Assembly (NCBI RefSeq): GCF_044704955.1
Contig: NC_091994.1
Span: forward strand, 91,264,001 to 91,328,000
Source: Pristiophorus japonicus
Taxonomy: Eukaryota
Length of the DNA stretch: 64,000 nt
Reading direction: 5' to 3'
Shown here: positions 10,780-22,486 of the stretch, in pieces
How positions within the stretch are numbered: position 1 is the stretch's first letter
Layout: every line of letters starts with the position of its first letter
Program-made: the position numbers and the translations under genes
The notes under the pieces: generated by a model
Told to the model about the DNA's origin: nothing
The model's database searches: none
Seen by the model: only the letters and a program-made list of their open reading frames with translations

Positions 10780-10951
10780 CTCCCAGAGTGTCCGGTCGCC
10801 TTGCTGCAGGTTTCACCCACAATGCACCGTGGCTGCCGCCCCGCCCCCCCCACTTTTATCTAGCGACCCATTTCCGGTCTTGCGCAGTGCCCCATTGCTG
10901 CCCGCTGCAGAGATAGGGGCCTTTCTGCCGTGCTGAGCATTCTGGGTAAGT
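10780..10951. promoter_or_regulatory. CpG-rich promoter of the ZNF gene, possibly bidirectional
   Basis: GC boxes CCGCCCCGCCCC (10836-10847), ETS TTCCGG (10872-10877), NRF1-like TGCGCA (10881-10886); plus-strand donor TGG|GTAAGT at 10945/10946. Confidence 0.55.
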
Positions 10952-11117
10952 GATCTCGCCATTCTCCATTCTCTTCTTCATGTAGATATATGCGTTCTCC
11001 GTTCACTCTTCAATACCCAATAACGTGGCTTCACCTTTAATCTCAGGGAATGGTTGTACAAATTCAAAAAAAAGCAATATATAGATTATTTCTCACAGTC
11101 TTTCCCTCTTCTATTAA

Positions 11118-12320
11118 AGAAAGACTTGCATTTATATTGCGCCTTTCACGACCACCGGACGTCCCAAAGCACTTTATAGCCAATTAGGTACTTTTTTGAA
11201 GTGTGGTCACTGTTAGTAATGTAGGAAACGCGGCAGCCAATTTGCGCACAGCAAAGTCCCACAAACAGCAATGTGATACTCTGCTTTTTAATTATGTTAG
11301 TTGAGGGATACATATTGGCCAGGATACCGGGGATAACTCCCCTGCTCATCTTCGAAATCGCGCCGTGGGATCTTTTACATCTGAGAGGGCAGAGGGGACC
11401 TCCGTTTAACATCTCATCTGAAAGATGGCACCTCCAACAATGCAGCTCTCCCTTAGTATGTAAGATCTGTGAGATCTGTCAGAAGAGACCTGTCCGTGAT
11501 CACAACAAACCACGTTGGGTACAGGTATATTGTAAATAAGCACAACATATTTTATTAAGTAGTTTACCTCCAGTACAAAGAAATAATACTTATCAAGGTG
11601 ATAGACAGTCTGTTCCTTGAAAACTCAAAGATAGCCCACTGAGTTGACTGTGGTGCTGTCTTTTGCTGTGTTCTGTTGATTGTAGTTCTTCTCCAGTCTT
11701 CCTCTGTGTGCTGCCTCCAGGGTTCAATAGCTACTACTCATACCCTTTTCCTCTCTTTCAAATGCTGTAAGAATCTGAAACTGTTTAAGCCTTACAATAC
11801 ATCATTCTAAGACTTCTGCCTTTGACCTTCTATAGTACAATAGGACAATCTATCATTATCCTCCCTTCCTTCAGTAGAAGGAATCATTTCTCCTCTGAGA
11901 ACTTGTACACAGACAAGTTTACACATAGTTCATTACTGAGCTTGGCTTTGCAAAATTAGGATAAGAAATAAAACACGCCGCATATCTTTATCTTACTGAT
12001 TAATACTCAGGCCTTGACCACTCTAGCTCTAAATAAAGCTTGTCTCAGCAGTTAAAAAATTTTAACATAATATTGGCTCAATCTACCATCATGCTTTTCT
12101 AAAAAATGGTTAGCTAAGCTTACACGCCTTTTAGTTACTTTTATCATATAACAGTTAAACAAAAGCATGATTAAAACACTATCACAACATGCAGGTAAGT
12201 TTTATCTTACAAGTACTGCACAGGAGTGTCAGCCTAGGTTATGTGTTCAAGTCCTGGAGTGGGACTTGAACCCACAACCTTCTGACTCAGCGATGAGGGT
12301 GCTAACAACAGAGCAACTGG
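11118..12320 (-). mobile_element. Deu-domain SINE split by a solo LTR
   Basis: SINE sequence resumes exactly (CCTTAGTA|CTGCAC) on the far side of the LTR. Confidence 0.85.
11459..12211 (-). mobile_element. solo LTR (753 bp; ERV or Gypsy type)
   Basis: TG...CA ends with an 8-bp inverted repeat TGTAAGAT/ATCTTACA; 4-bp TSD AGTA (11455-11458, 12212-12215); minus-strand AATAAA near 11552. Confidence 0.85.
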
Positions 12321-12493
12321 CTGACTAAGTATATCTGTTTCATTTTTGAGGTATAGGAATTGAATGTTAGTTCATCCTTGAAGTATTACTTTCACTTAGA
12401 ACTAAATGCCCTATTAAATACAAGTTATTAAAAAATACTTACACAAATTGGTGAATGTATGTGCAATAAGGATGTGTGTCCGTCCTTGCCCTT

Positions 12494-14808
12494 AGAACAT
12501 AACATAAGAATATAAGAATTAGGAACAGGAGTAGGCCATCTAGCCCCTCGAGCCTGCTCCACCATTCAACAAGATCATGGCTGATCTGGCCGTGGACTCA
12601 ACTCCACTTACCCGCCCGCTCCCCATAACCCTTAATTCCCTTATTGGTTAAAAATCTATCTATCTGTGACTTGAATACATTCAATGAGCTAGCCTCAACT
12701 GCTTCCTTGGGCAGAGAATTCCACAGATTCACAATCCTCTGGGAGAAGAAATTCCTTCTCAACTCGGTTTTAAATTGGCTCCCCTGTATTTTGAGGCTGT
12801 GCCCCCTAGTTCTAGTCTCCCCGACCAGTGGAAACAATCTCTCTGCCTCTATTTTGTCTATCCCTTTCATTATTTTAAATGTTTCTATAAGATCACCTCT
12901 CATCCTTCTGAACTCCAACGAGTAAAGACCCAGTCTACTCAATCTATCATCATAAGGTAACCCCCTCATCTCCGGAATCAGCCTAGTGAATCGTCTCTGT
13001 ACCCCCTCCAAAGCTAGTATATCCTTCCTTAAGTAAGGTGACCAAAACTGCACGCAGTACTCCAGGTGCGGCCTCACCAATACCCTGTACATTTGCAGCA
13101 GGACCTCCCTGCTTTTGTACTCCATCCCTCTCACAATGAAGGCCAACATTCCATTCGCCTTCCTGATTACCTGCTGCACCTGCAAACTAACTTTTTGGGA
13201 TTCATGCACAAAGACCTCCAGGTCCCTCTGCACCGCAGCATGTTGTAATTTCTCCCCATTCAAATAATATTCCCTTTTACTGTTTTTTTTCCCAAGGTGG
13301 ATGACCTCACACTTTCTGACATTGTATTCCATCTGCCAAAGCTTAGCCCATTCACTTAACCTATCTAAATCTTTTTGCAGCCTCTCTGTGTCCTCTACAC
13401 AACCCGCTTTCCCACTAATCTTTGTGTCATCTGCAAATTTTGTTAACACTACACTCTGTCCCCTCTTCCAGGTCATCTATGTATATTGTAAACAGTTGTG
13501 GTCCCAGCACCAATCCCTGTGGCACACCACTAACCACTGATTTCCAACCCGAAAAGGACCCATTTATCCCGACTCTCTGCTTTCTGTTAGCCAGCCAATT
13601 CTCTATCCATGCTAATACATTTCCTCTCACTCCGCGTACCTTTATCTTCTGCAGTAACCTTTTGTGTGGTACCTTATCGAATGCCTTTTGAAAATCTAAA
13701 TACACCACATCCATCGGTATACTTCTATCCACCATGCTCGTTATATCCTCAAAGAATTCCAATAAATTAGTTAAACATGATTTCCCCTTCATGAATCCAT
13801 GCTGTGTCTGCTTGATTGCACTATTCCTATCTAGATGTCCTGCTATTTCTTCCTTAATGATAGTTTCAAGCATTTTCCCCACTACAGATGTTAAACTAAC
13901 CGGCCTATAGTTACCTGCCTTTTGTCTGCCCCCTTTTTTAAACAGAGGCATTACATTAGCTGCTTTCCAATCCGCTGGTACCTCCCCAGAGTCCAGAGAA
14001 TTTTGGTAGATTATAACAAATGCATCTGCTATAACTTCTGCCATCTCTTTTAATACCCTGGGATGCATTTCATCAGGACCAGGGGACTTGTCTACCTTGA
14101 GTCCCATTAGCCTGTCCAGCACTACCCCCCCTAGTGATAGTGATTGTCTCAAGGTCCTCCCTTCCCACATTCCTGTGACCAGCAATTTCTGGCATGGTTT
14201 CTGTGTCTTCCACTGTGAAGACCGAAGCAAACTAATTGTTTAAGGTCTCAGCCATTTCCCATTTCCCATTATTAAATCCCCCTTCTCATCTTCTAAGGGA
14301 CCAACATTTACTTTAGTCACTCTTTTCCATTTTATATATCTGTAAAAGCTTTTACTATCCGTTTTTATGTTTTGCGCAAGTTTACCTTCGTAATCTATCT
14401 TTCCTTTCTTTATTGCTTTCTAGTCATTCTTTGCTGTCGTTTAAAATTCTCCCAATCTTCTATTTTCCCACTAACCTTGGCCACCTTATACGCATTGGTT
14501 TTTAATTTGATACTCTCCTTTATTTCCTTGGTTATCCATGGCTGGTTATCCCTTCTCTTACCGCCCTTCTTTTTCACTGGAATATATTTTTGTTGAGCAC
14601 TATGAAAGAGCTCCTTAAAAGTCCTCCACTGTTCCTCAATTGTGCCACCGTTTAGTCTGTGTTTCCAGTCTACTTTAGCCAACTCTGCCCTCATCCCACT
14701 GTAGTCCCCTTTGTTTAAGCATAGTACGCTCATTTGAGACACTACTTCCTCACCCTCAATCTGTATTACAAATTCAACCATACTGTGATCACTCATTCCG
14801 AGAGGATC
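12494..14808 (-). mobile_element. young 5'-truncated CR1 LINE (EN C-terminus, RT, 3' tail)
   Basis: ORFs 14410-14835, 13427-14230 ([30 protein letters not shown]) and 12598-13476 (KFADD) separated by frameshifts; AAGAACAT tail. Confidence 0.95.
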
Positions 14809-14971
14809 GAAATAAAGTAAATGAGTTGACGGCACAAATCATTACAAATGGGTATGATTTGGTGGCCATTACAGAAACGTGGTTGCCGGGTGGCCAAGAC
14901 TGGGAATTAAACATACAGGGGTATCTGACGATTCGGAAAGATAGACAAGAAGGGAAAGGAGGTGGGGTAGC
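14809..14971 (+). mobile_element. inverted CR1 endonuclease N-terminal fragment at the 5' end of the CR1 copy
   Basis: Encodes NKVNELTAQIITNGYDLVAITETWLPGGQDWELNIQGY; flanked by the direct repeat TCCGAGAGGATC (14797-14808, 14972-14983). Confidence 0.85.
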
Positions 14972-15184
14972 TCCGAGAGGATCAATCACACATAGTAAGT
15001 TCCATATTTCAGCCCTACCAACTGTGGAGGCAATGCCCTTCCCCACAAAGAGTGAGGAAACAATCAGAAGGGCAGTCAGACCTCCCCTGCAGGACATGTC
15101 TGCATCCATGTTAAGGTTGCTTCAAAGCTGCATTGGTAGAATTCATAGTTTTCTTGGCTTAAATAAAGCAACATGGTATAGAGT

Positions 15185-17320
15185 TACAAAAGCAAAATAC
15201 AGCAGATACAGGAAATCTGAAACACAAACAGAAAATGCTGGAACTACTCAGCAGCATCTGTGGAGAGAGAAGCAGAGTTAACATTACAGGTCAATTACCT
15301 TTCATCAGAACTGGAAAAAGTTAGAGATATAACAGATTTTAAACAAGTGCAGAGGCAGAGAAAGGGGGAGGAGAGGAAAGAACAAAAGGGAAAATCCATG
15401 ATAGGGTGGAAGGCAGAAGTGATTAAATAATAAAAGGTATGATTATACAAAGCAAAAGGAGATGGTAATGGGACAAGTAAATAAACAAAAGATGGGTCTA
15501 GAAGAGAAGGAAAATGGGTATAGCAGAATCAGCTGCCATGTGAAAAAATTGGTGCAAAGGTTATGGTCTGAAATTGTTGAACTCGATGTTGAATCCAGAA
15601 GGCTGTAAAGTGCCTAATTGAAAGATGAGGTACTGTTCCTCGAGCTTGCGTTGAGCTTCATAAGAACAAAAGAACATAAGAACATAAGAAATAGGAGCAG
15701 GAGTAGGCCATACGATCTCTCGAGCCTGCTCTGCTATTCAATACGATCATGGCTGATCTGATCATGGACTCAGGTCCACTTCCCTGCCCGTTCTGCATAA
15801 CCCTTATCCCCTTATCATTTAAGAAACTGTCTATTTCTGTCTTAAATTTATTCAATGTCCCAGCTTCCACAGCTCTCTGAGGCAGTGAATTCCATAGATC
15901 CACAACCCTCTGAGAGAAATTTCTCCTCATCTCAATTTTAAATGGGCAGCCCCTTATTCTAAGATTATGCCCTCTAGTTCAGTGGAAACATCCTCTCTGC
16001 ATCCACCTTGTCAAGCCCCCTCATAATCTTATACGTTTCAATAAGATCACCTCTCATTCTTCTGAATTCCAATGAGTAGAGGCCCAACCTACTCAACCTT
16101 TCCTCATAAGTCAAACCCCTCATCTCTGGAATCAACCTAGTGAACCTTCTCTGAACTGCCTCCAAAGCAAGAATATCCTTTCATAAATATGGAAACCAAA
16201 ACTGCATGCAGTATTCCAGGTGTAGCCTCACCAATACCCTGTATAGCTGTAGCAAGACTTCCCTGCTTTTATACTCTATCCTCTTTGAAATAAAGGCCAA
16301 GATTCCATTGGCCTTTCTGATCACTTGCTGTAGCTACATACTAACCTTTTGTGTTTCATGCACAAGTAACCCCAGGTCCCCCTGTACTGCAGCACTTTGC
16401 AATCTTTCTCCATTTAAATAATAACTTGCTCTTTGATTTTTTTCTGCCAAAGTGCATGACCTCACACTTTCTAACATTATACTCCATCTGCCAAATTTTT
16501 GCCCACTCACTTAGCCTGTCTATGTCCTTTTGCAGATTTTTTGTGTTCTTCTCACACATTGCTTTTCCTCCCATCTTTGTATCATCGGCAAACTTGGCTA
16601 CGTTACACTCGGTCTCTTCCTTCAAGTCGTTAATATAGATTGTAAATAGTTAGGGTCCCAGCACTGATCCCTGCAGCACCCCACTGGTTACTGATTGCCA
16701 ACCAGAGAATGAACCATTTATTCCTACTCTCTGTTTTCTGTTCATTAGCCAATCTTCTATCCATGCTAATATATTACCCCCAACCCCGTGAACTTTTATC
16801 TTGTGCAGTAACCTTTTATGTGGCACCTTGTCAAATGCCTTCTGGAAATCCAAATACATCACATCCACTGGTTCCCCTTTATCCACCCTGTTCATTACAT
16901 CCTCAAAGAATTCTAGCAAATTTGTCAAACATGACTTCCCCTTCATAAATCCATGCTGACTCTGCCTGACCGAATTTTGCTTTTCCAAATGTCCTGCTAC
17001 TGCTCCTTTAATAATGGACTCCAACATTTTCCCAAGCCACAGAAGTGGTCTATAGCTTCCTACCTCCTTCGAACAGTGTAGGAGTTCGAGGACGGCGAGA
17101 TCAGAGTGGGAGTGGAGCGGAGAATTAAAGTGACATGCGACCAGAAGCTCGGAGTCATGCTTATGGGCTGAATGGAGGTGTTCCGGGAAGCGGTCACCCA
17201 ATCTGCGTTTGGTCTCCTCACTGTTGAGGAGACCGCATCGTGAGCAGCGAATACAGAGTACTAAATTACAAGAAGTACAAGTAAACTGCTGTTTCACCTG
17301 GGAGCAGTGTTCAAGGCCCT
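15185..17320 (-). mobile_element. Penelope-like element (GIY-YIG endonuclease plus 3' region) interrupted by a CR1 at ~15659-17035
   Basis: 17060-17300 encodes FTCTSCNLVLCIRCSRCGLL..ETKRRLGDRFPEHL..LVACHFN (Penelope GIY-YIG); 15185-15320 is the GAAAATGCTGGA..CTCAGCAGCATCTGTGGAGAGA terminal segment. Confidence 0.8.
15659..17035 (-). mobile_element. CR1 LINE RT and 3' end nested in Penelope
   Basis: RT motifs ([24 protein letters not shown]) and (AAGAACAT)n tail. Confidence 0.9.
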
Positions 17321-19540
17321 ATATGGTCTAGAGTTATTAGGGTATCTGAAAATAAAAGGGAGAATGTTTAGAATGATGACAATGTCATAGTTCCTAGAGG
17401 ATCAAAATGTTGGGGGGAGGGTAAAGGAAAGCTGGTATGTTCAGTTATTTCCATAGCTTGGGAATATTTTTATTTATGGTACTGTGTTTCCCCTCTCCAA
17501 TCTCCAGTTTTGTAATAATTTTTAAACTCTGATAGGACTTTAGCTTCTCAATAAAACCTCTGTTGAGTGTACAAGTTCTGGTTCACTAAACTAACAAGGT
17601 CTTCATGTCAGAGTCAGGGAGGCTAACATCTATAGAAATATCTTTACAGAGCTACACCATACAGAGCATTTCTGCTGTGCACAATTTGCTGCTGTGATTT
17701 CCACATTACAACAGTGACTACACTTCAAAAGTATCTCATTAGCTGTAAAGCACTTTGAGATGTCCGGTGATCGTGAAAGGCAATATTTAAATGCAAGTCT
17801 CTCTTTTTTTCTTTTTACAATTAGAGTAAGAAGCACAATAATAATTGATTGTCAGCTCCCCGGATGGCCCACTGGATAAATACATCACCCAGTGTGGTAT
17901 TAAGATGTATAGACCAGATCAGGAAGACTCCAGGTTTGATCCCTAGTCTGGGATGAAGTAACTGATTTCAATCCGAATAAATGTAGGGATTTTACAATTG
18001 GTCTCAGAATCCTTAGGCTAAGGGAAGGAAAATCCAGGTCATCTTGTTATCCCATGGCCACTGCTAGAATGTGCATATGCACAAACAAATAAAAAATGTG
18101 CATTTACACAGTGCTTTTCAAGATCTTGACATTCCAAAGTACATCACTTTTGACGTATAGTAAAAGTTGTTATGTTGGAAAACGCAAAGCCAATAAGCGC
18201 ACAGCAACTACTCATAAACAACAGTGAGATAAATGATTAGTTAATCACTAATGTTGGTTGAGAGTTAAATGCTGACCAGAACATTGCTCTGCTTAGAGTA
18301 GTGCCCTGTGATCTTTTACAACCACATGAGCAAACAGAAGGGGCCTCGAAGTGTCAGCTTGGCTCAATTTGCAGCATTCCTGTCTCTGAATTAGAAGGCC
18401 ATAGGTTCAGCTCCGCTACAGGAATTGAGCACATAATCTAGACCGACACATCAGTGCCATACTGAAGGAGTGATGCATGGTCAGAAGTGGCATCTTTCGG
18501 ATGAGACATTAAACTGAGGCCTCTTATTGTAGATGTCATCTGAGGAGGCACCGTAGCCGAGCTCCAAATGATTTTCACCTCAAGTGCACATGTGCACTTT
18601 CCAGCAGAGCTCACTGGATAGAGATCAGGGACAGTGGCTGATTTTCCCAACCCTACCCCAGGATTGCAAAGGTCAGTTGTAGTTCTTCCACAACCTTTTT
18701 GGCTAGGATCAGCTAACTCAGCACAGACTGTGAATCAAACCCAAGACCGCCTGGATTGCACAGCTGAGATATGCACAGGCTTTACAACTGAGCCATTGGG
18801 GTACTTTGTATAGAGTATCAATCAATAAAGTAATATGAACAATACTATTCTCATACATCTCTCAATTTGCATATGTTTTCTAACTTCAAACTATTTTACT
18901 GATATATGTTTTATAATTTGTTCTCGGGATATGGGCAGTGCTGACAAGGACACATTTATTGCTCATCCCTAGTTGCTCGGAGAAGGTGGTGGTGAACCTT
19001 CTCCTTGAACCACTGTAGACCATGTGGTGATGGTTCTCCCACCATAATGTGAGGGAGGGAATTCCAGGATTATGACCCAACGGCGATGGAGGAAGGGCGA
19101 TATATGTCCAAGTCTGGATGGTGTGTGTGACGTTGAGGAAACTGGGAAGTGATAGCTGTGGGAATGAGGTTTCATATTACCTGAGTAACTCACTATTCTT
19201 TCTGGCTGTCTGTGGGACCAACACACAATGAGTTAAAATTTAAAACTACTTTCTGCTGCGTTTGGGTTGTATATTTTGTAAGGGGATTTTAAAGCAGGGA
19301 TATCTTCACAGGAAAGTAATAGTCGAATGTGTAAGAGTTATCCAACCATATCTGTAATGGTCACTTGTGATTAGGGAATAGGAAGAGTTTCAGAAGGCAA
19401 TATAACCATGGTGATAAAATGATTAGAACAGTTAAGTGCCTGTTGGTTTAGGTTATGTTGTTGTTCTGTTGGCATTTGTATGTATTGTTGATGTACTATG
19501 AGTTATTGGTGGTATGCATAGCATGTAAAGATGTAAAAAT

Positions 19541-20135
19541 GTCTTACTGCAATTATATATGGCCCTGGTGAGACCACACCTGGAATATTGTGTACAGTTT
19601 TGGTCTCCTTACCTAAAGAAGGATATACTTGTCATAGAGGGAGTGCAACGGAGGTTCACCAGACTGATTCCTGGGATGGGAGGGGGATTGTCCTATGGGG
19701 CGAGATTGAGTAGACTAGGCCTATATTCTCTAGAGTTTAGAAGAATGAGAGGTAATCTCATTGAAACATACAAAATTCTTCCAGGGCTTTACAGGGTGGA
19801 TGCAGGGAGGATGTTTCCTCTGAGTGGGGAGTCTAGAACCAGGGGTCACGGTCTCAGAATAAGAGGTCGGCCATTTAGGACTGAGATGAGGAGAAATTTC
19901 TTCACTCAACGGGTGGTGAATCTTTGGAATTCTGTACCATAGATGGATGCTCAGTCAGTGTGTACATTCAAGACAGAGATCGATAGATTTTTGAATATTA
20001 AGGGAATCAAGAGATATGGGGATAATGCAGGAAAGTGGAGTTGAGGTAGAAGATCAGCCAGGATGATGATCTTAGTGAATGGCGGAGCAGGCTCGAGGGG
20101 CCAAAGGTCAATCCTCCTCCTTTCTTATGTTCTTA
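19541..20135 (+). mobile_element. CR1 LINE 3' fragment
   Basis: ORF 19559-19942 is a CR1 RT C-terminus; tail CTTATGTTCTT. Confidence 0.9.
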
Positions 20136-21289
20136 ATGTAGTAATCAAAGGTGAAATTTGGTATAAGATTGCGAGTGAATCTGTGTTGAGCAGTTCACAC
20201 TGGAATCGTGATGTCTCAGCAGCTCGCTCTCATACTGGAATGGTGTAGTATGGACAGGTCTGAGCTATCATACTGGTTTTGTCAAGTAGGAAAAGACCTG
20301 TGAGCACATACTGCAATCATGATGTCTCACAGGGCCCGTACTGGTTGCGGATAGTATGAGGCTGCATTGTGTGCAATCTGGCATGTAAAGTAACCAGACA
20401 AAAAAGGACAAGCAGTTCAACAGTAACTTTCCCAAAACTGTAGCATTTTATTTTTGTTTTCCTCCAATTTTCTTCCTTTTCCCAAGGCACCACCAGGTGT
20501 ACAGTTCCAGTGAAGCTGGCAGTTCTCTGCAACCTTGTAATCTATTTTTAAATGTCAGAATGGGCAGCTTCATCTGTCCAGTCAGCCTTTAGGGCATCAC
20601 AGCTGGGCCCGACCCTATCCTCAGATTGCCACCATATATGCACACTTCTGGCAAGAATAAATGAATAACAATTAGAGGGCAGAACCCTTTATTTTTATTA
20701 CTCTTCCTAGTGCTGAGTTCCCTTCAGTTACGACTAACAGGCCCCGCACAGATTATGAATTGAACATAGGTCTTCCTCGTCTGTATAGCTCAATTTGCTC
20801 ACTGAGCCATCAGAGGAACTGGGAGCACTAATCCTGTGGGTCCACTTCAGATTAAATAGTTTAATTTCACCTTCCAGCCAAATCAACCAAATAAAGCTGA
20901 ACAGAATTTTCCCTTTTCACAAGATCATTATCTCTGTCTTTAGTTATCTTCAGATCACTGTTATAGCACAGCAAGGTGTAACTTGGATGTTTTATCTATA
21001 ATAAAACACACTATATGAATGGAAGGTGTTGATTCTCCATTTCATCCAGGAGCTTACCAAATCAATTCCACCATCTACTGGTTACATGTGGAATTACATG
21101 ATAATCATTTGGATTATAGTGAATATTAAAACTGTCAAAATCCTTGAACAAGTAATTTAAGACACTGCACTCTTTAAATATAATGACTTTTGTCTGGGGT
21201 TCTGCCAACTTTTTCCTCCTTTCCAATAACTTCACAGTGTGATGGTAGTTTGCATTTATCAGATCCCATCATCTTTACACATTAAGAGG

Positions 21290-21990
21290 CAGTGATGGAG
21301 TGTCCTATGCAATCAATGGAGGGGTCTCAGTTGTCGCTGATTGGAGAGGCCTGATCCTAGATGCACATAATCGCACTGAAAGCCAGATGAAGCGGGTAGA
21401 TTGTCTGCCAGGCAGTCACACCTTGCAACCTCATTCATTCAAAATCGACCCGCAGACATGCTGCCATCGTGGTGTGGCAGTGCTCCCAGGGTTCAGGTTA
21501 ATATTGCAAGATTTCAAGGTGGTCTTTAGTGCATCGACATCTGCCCACCTCTATTGTAATTCTGCAACTCGCCATACGGGATGACTTTTGGAATGCTATT
21601 AAACAGGCAGGTGAACTGTACATCCAGACCAGCACAATGGGACCTTTTTGATGAGGCAGTGCAGATTTGGGCCATTAGAAGTATTATGTATGAATAAAGA
21701 GTCTGACTAGATACTGTGAGCTCAAAGTGTGCCCTTAGTCTTTTATTGCAGGTCTCCAGAGTGCCTCTCCAACCTGTGAGGCCTCTTTAAGTACAAGTGC
21801 TTGTAAGGGATTGTGGGATCCCTTGGGACCCCAGGGGATGAGCCCTCTGGTGGCTACACAAGGTATTTACAGGTTTACATATATAACAAAAAGCATTTAA
21901 AAATGGTCTGTTGACCTGTAAAACAGCTTCATTTTGCTGTCAATGCCTTTGTTCCCATTAAATCACTCACAGGGGTTGTCTTTCACTGTC
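21290..21990 (-). mobile_element. old RTE LINE C-terminal fragment interrupted by a solo LTR
   Basis: Degenerate translation ..SIPKVIPYGELQN..RGGQ..KDHL..PWEH.. resembles the RTE ORF C-terminus. Confidence 0.5.
21682..21888 (-). mobile_element. short solo LTR, same family as 48-310
   Basis: Ends TATTATGTAT...ATATATAACA; near-TSD AGAAG/AAAAG; shares CACCAGAGGG and CTGCAATAAA blocks with 48-310. Confidence 0.7.
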
Positions 21991-22480
21991 TCTTCTCGAT
22001 GTTAACAGGGCGGCACAGCCTCAAAAATGGAGTCGGTAGCCTTACCACGCCGTTAACATCCGATGCCTAAAGTTATACCCAGTTGCAGGCGATAGGTCTT
22101 TTTAAAATGGAAATCAGGATCCCGTGACGTAAATAGGACACGGATCGTGATTTTTGGTCGGAACCTGTGCCAGCTGGAACTGAAGAGGCCCGTCATAAAG
22201 GTTAGTGTCCTTTGGACCAGGATTCAGGTATTGCTGAAAAAACACATGCTTCAGTCTGTAATTCCCCAAGGAATGAGACACCAATCTCAGTGCTAAGTGA
22301 TTTGCAGTAAGCTAGATCTTACTAATTTACTATGAGCATATACATAATGTTTGATGTTAGCATCCTGCTGAGAAATTCATTTTGCTGAGCTGGTTGTTTC
22401 TCCCCTCCCCCAAATATTAATGTGCCTAAACAGTTTATACAGTCACAACAAACACAAGGCCAGAATGATGTACACCACAA

Positions 22481-22486
22481 TTTAAT
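22481..22486 (-). terminator. CPTP: candidate CPTP polyadenylation signal ATTAAA
   Basis: TTTAAT on the plus strand, followed on the minus strand by GU-rich TTGTGGTGTAC..CTTGTGTTTGTTGTG; implies a ~3-kb 3'UTR. Confidence 0.4.

Noticed and set aside
16650-17297. 215-aa ORF fusing a GIY-YIG endonuclease to CR1 reverse transcriptase
   Set aside because: Explained by a truncated CR1 inserted into a Penelope element (Penelope resumes at ~15658); the GIY-YIG motif is degenerate and the RT frameshifts soon after. A chance in-frame junction.
20195-20335. Imperfect ~24-bp direct repeat (CAYACTGSAATCRTGATGTCTCA)
   Set aside because: Only two degenerate copies, no boundaries or TSD identified; likely an old repeat remnant.
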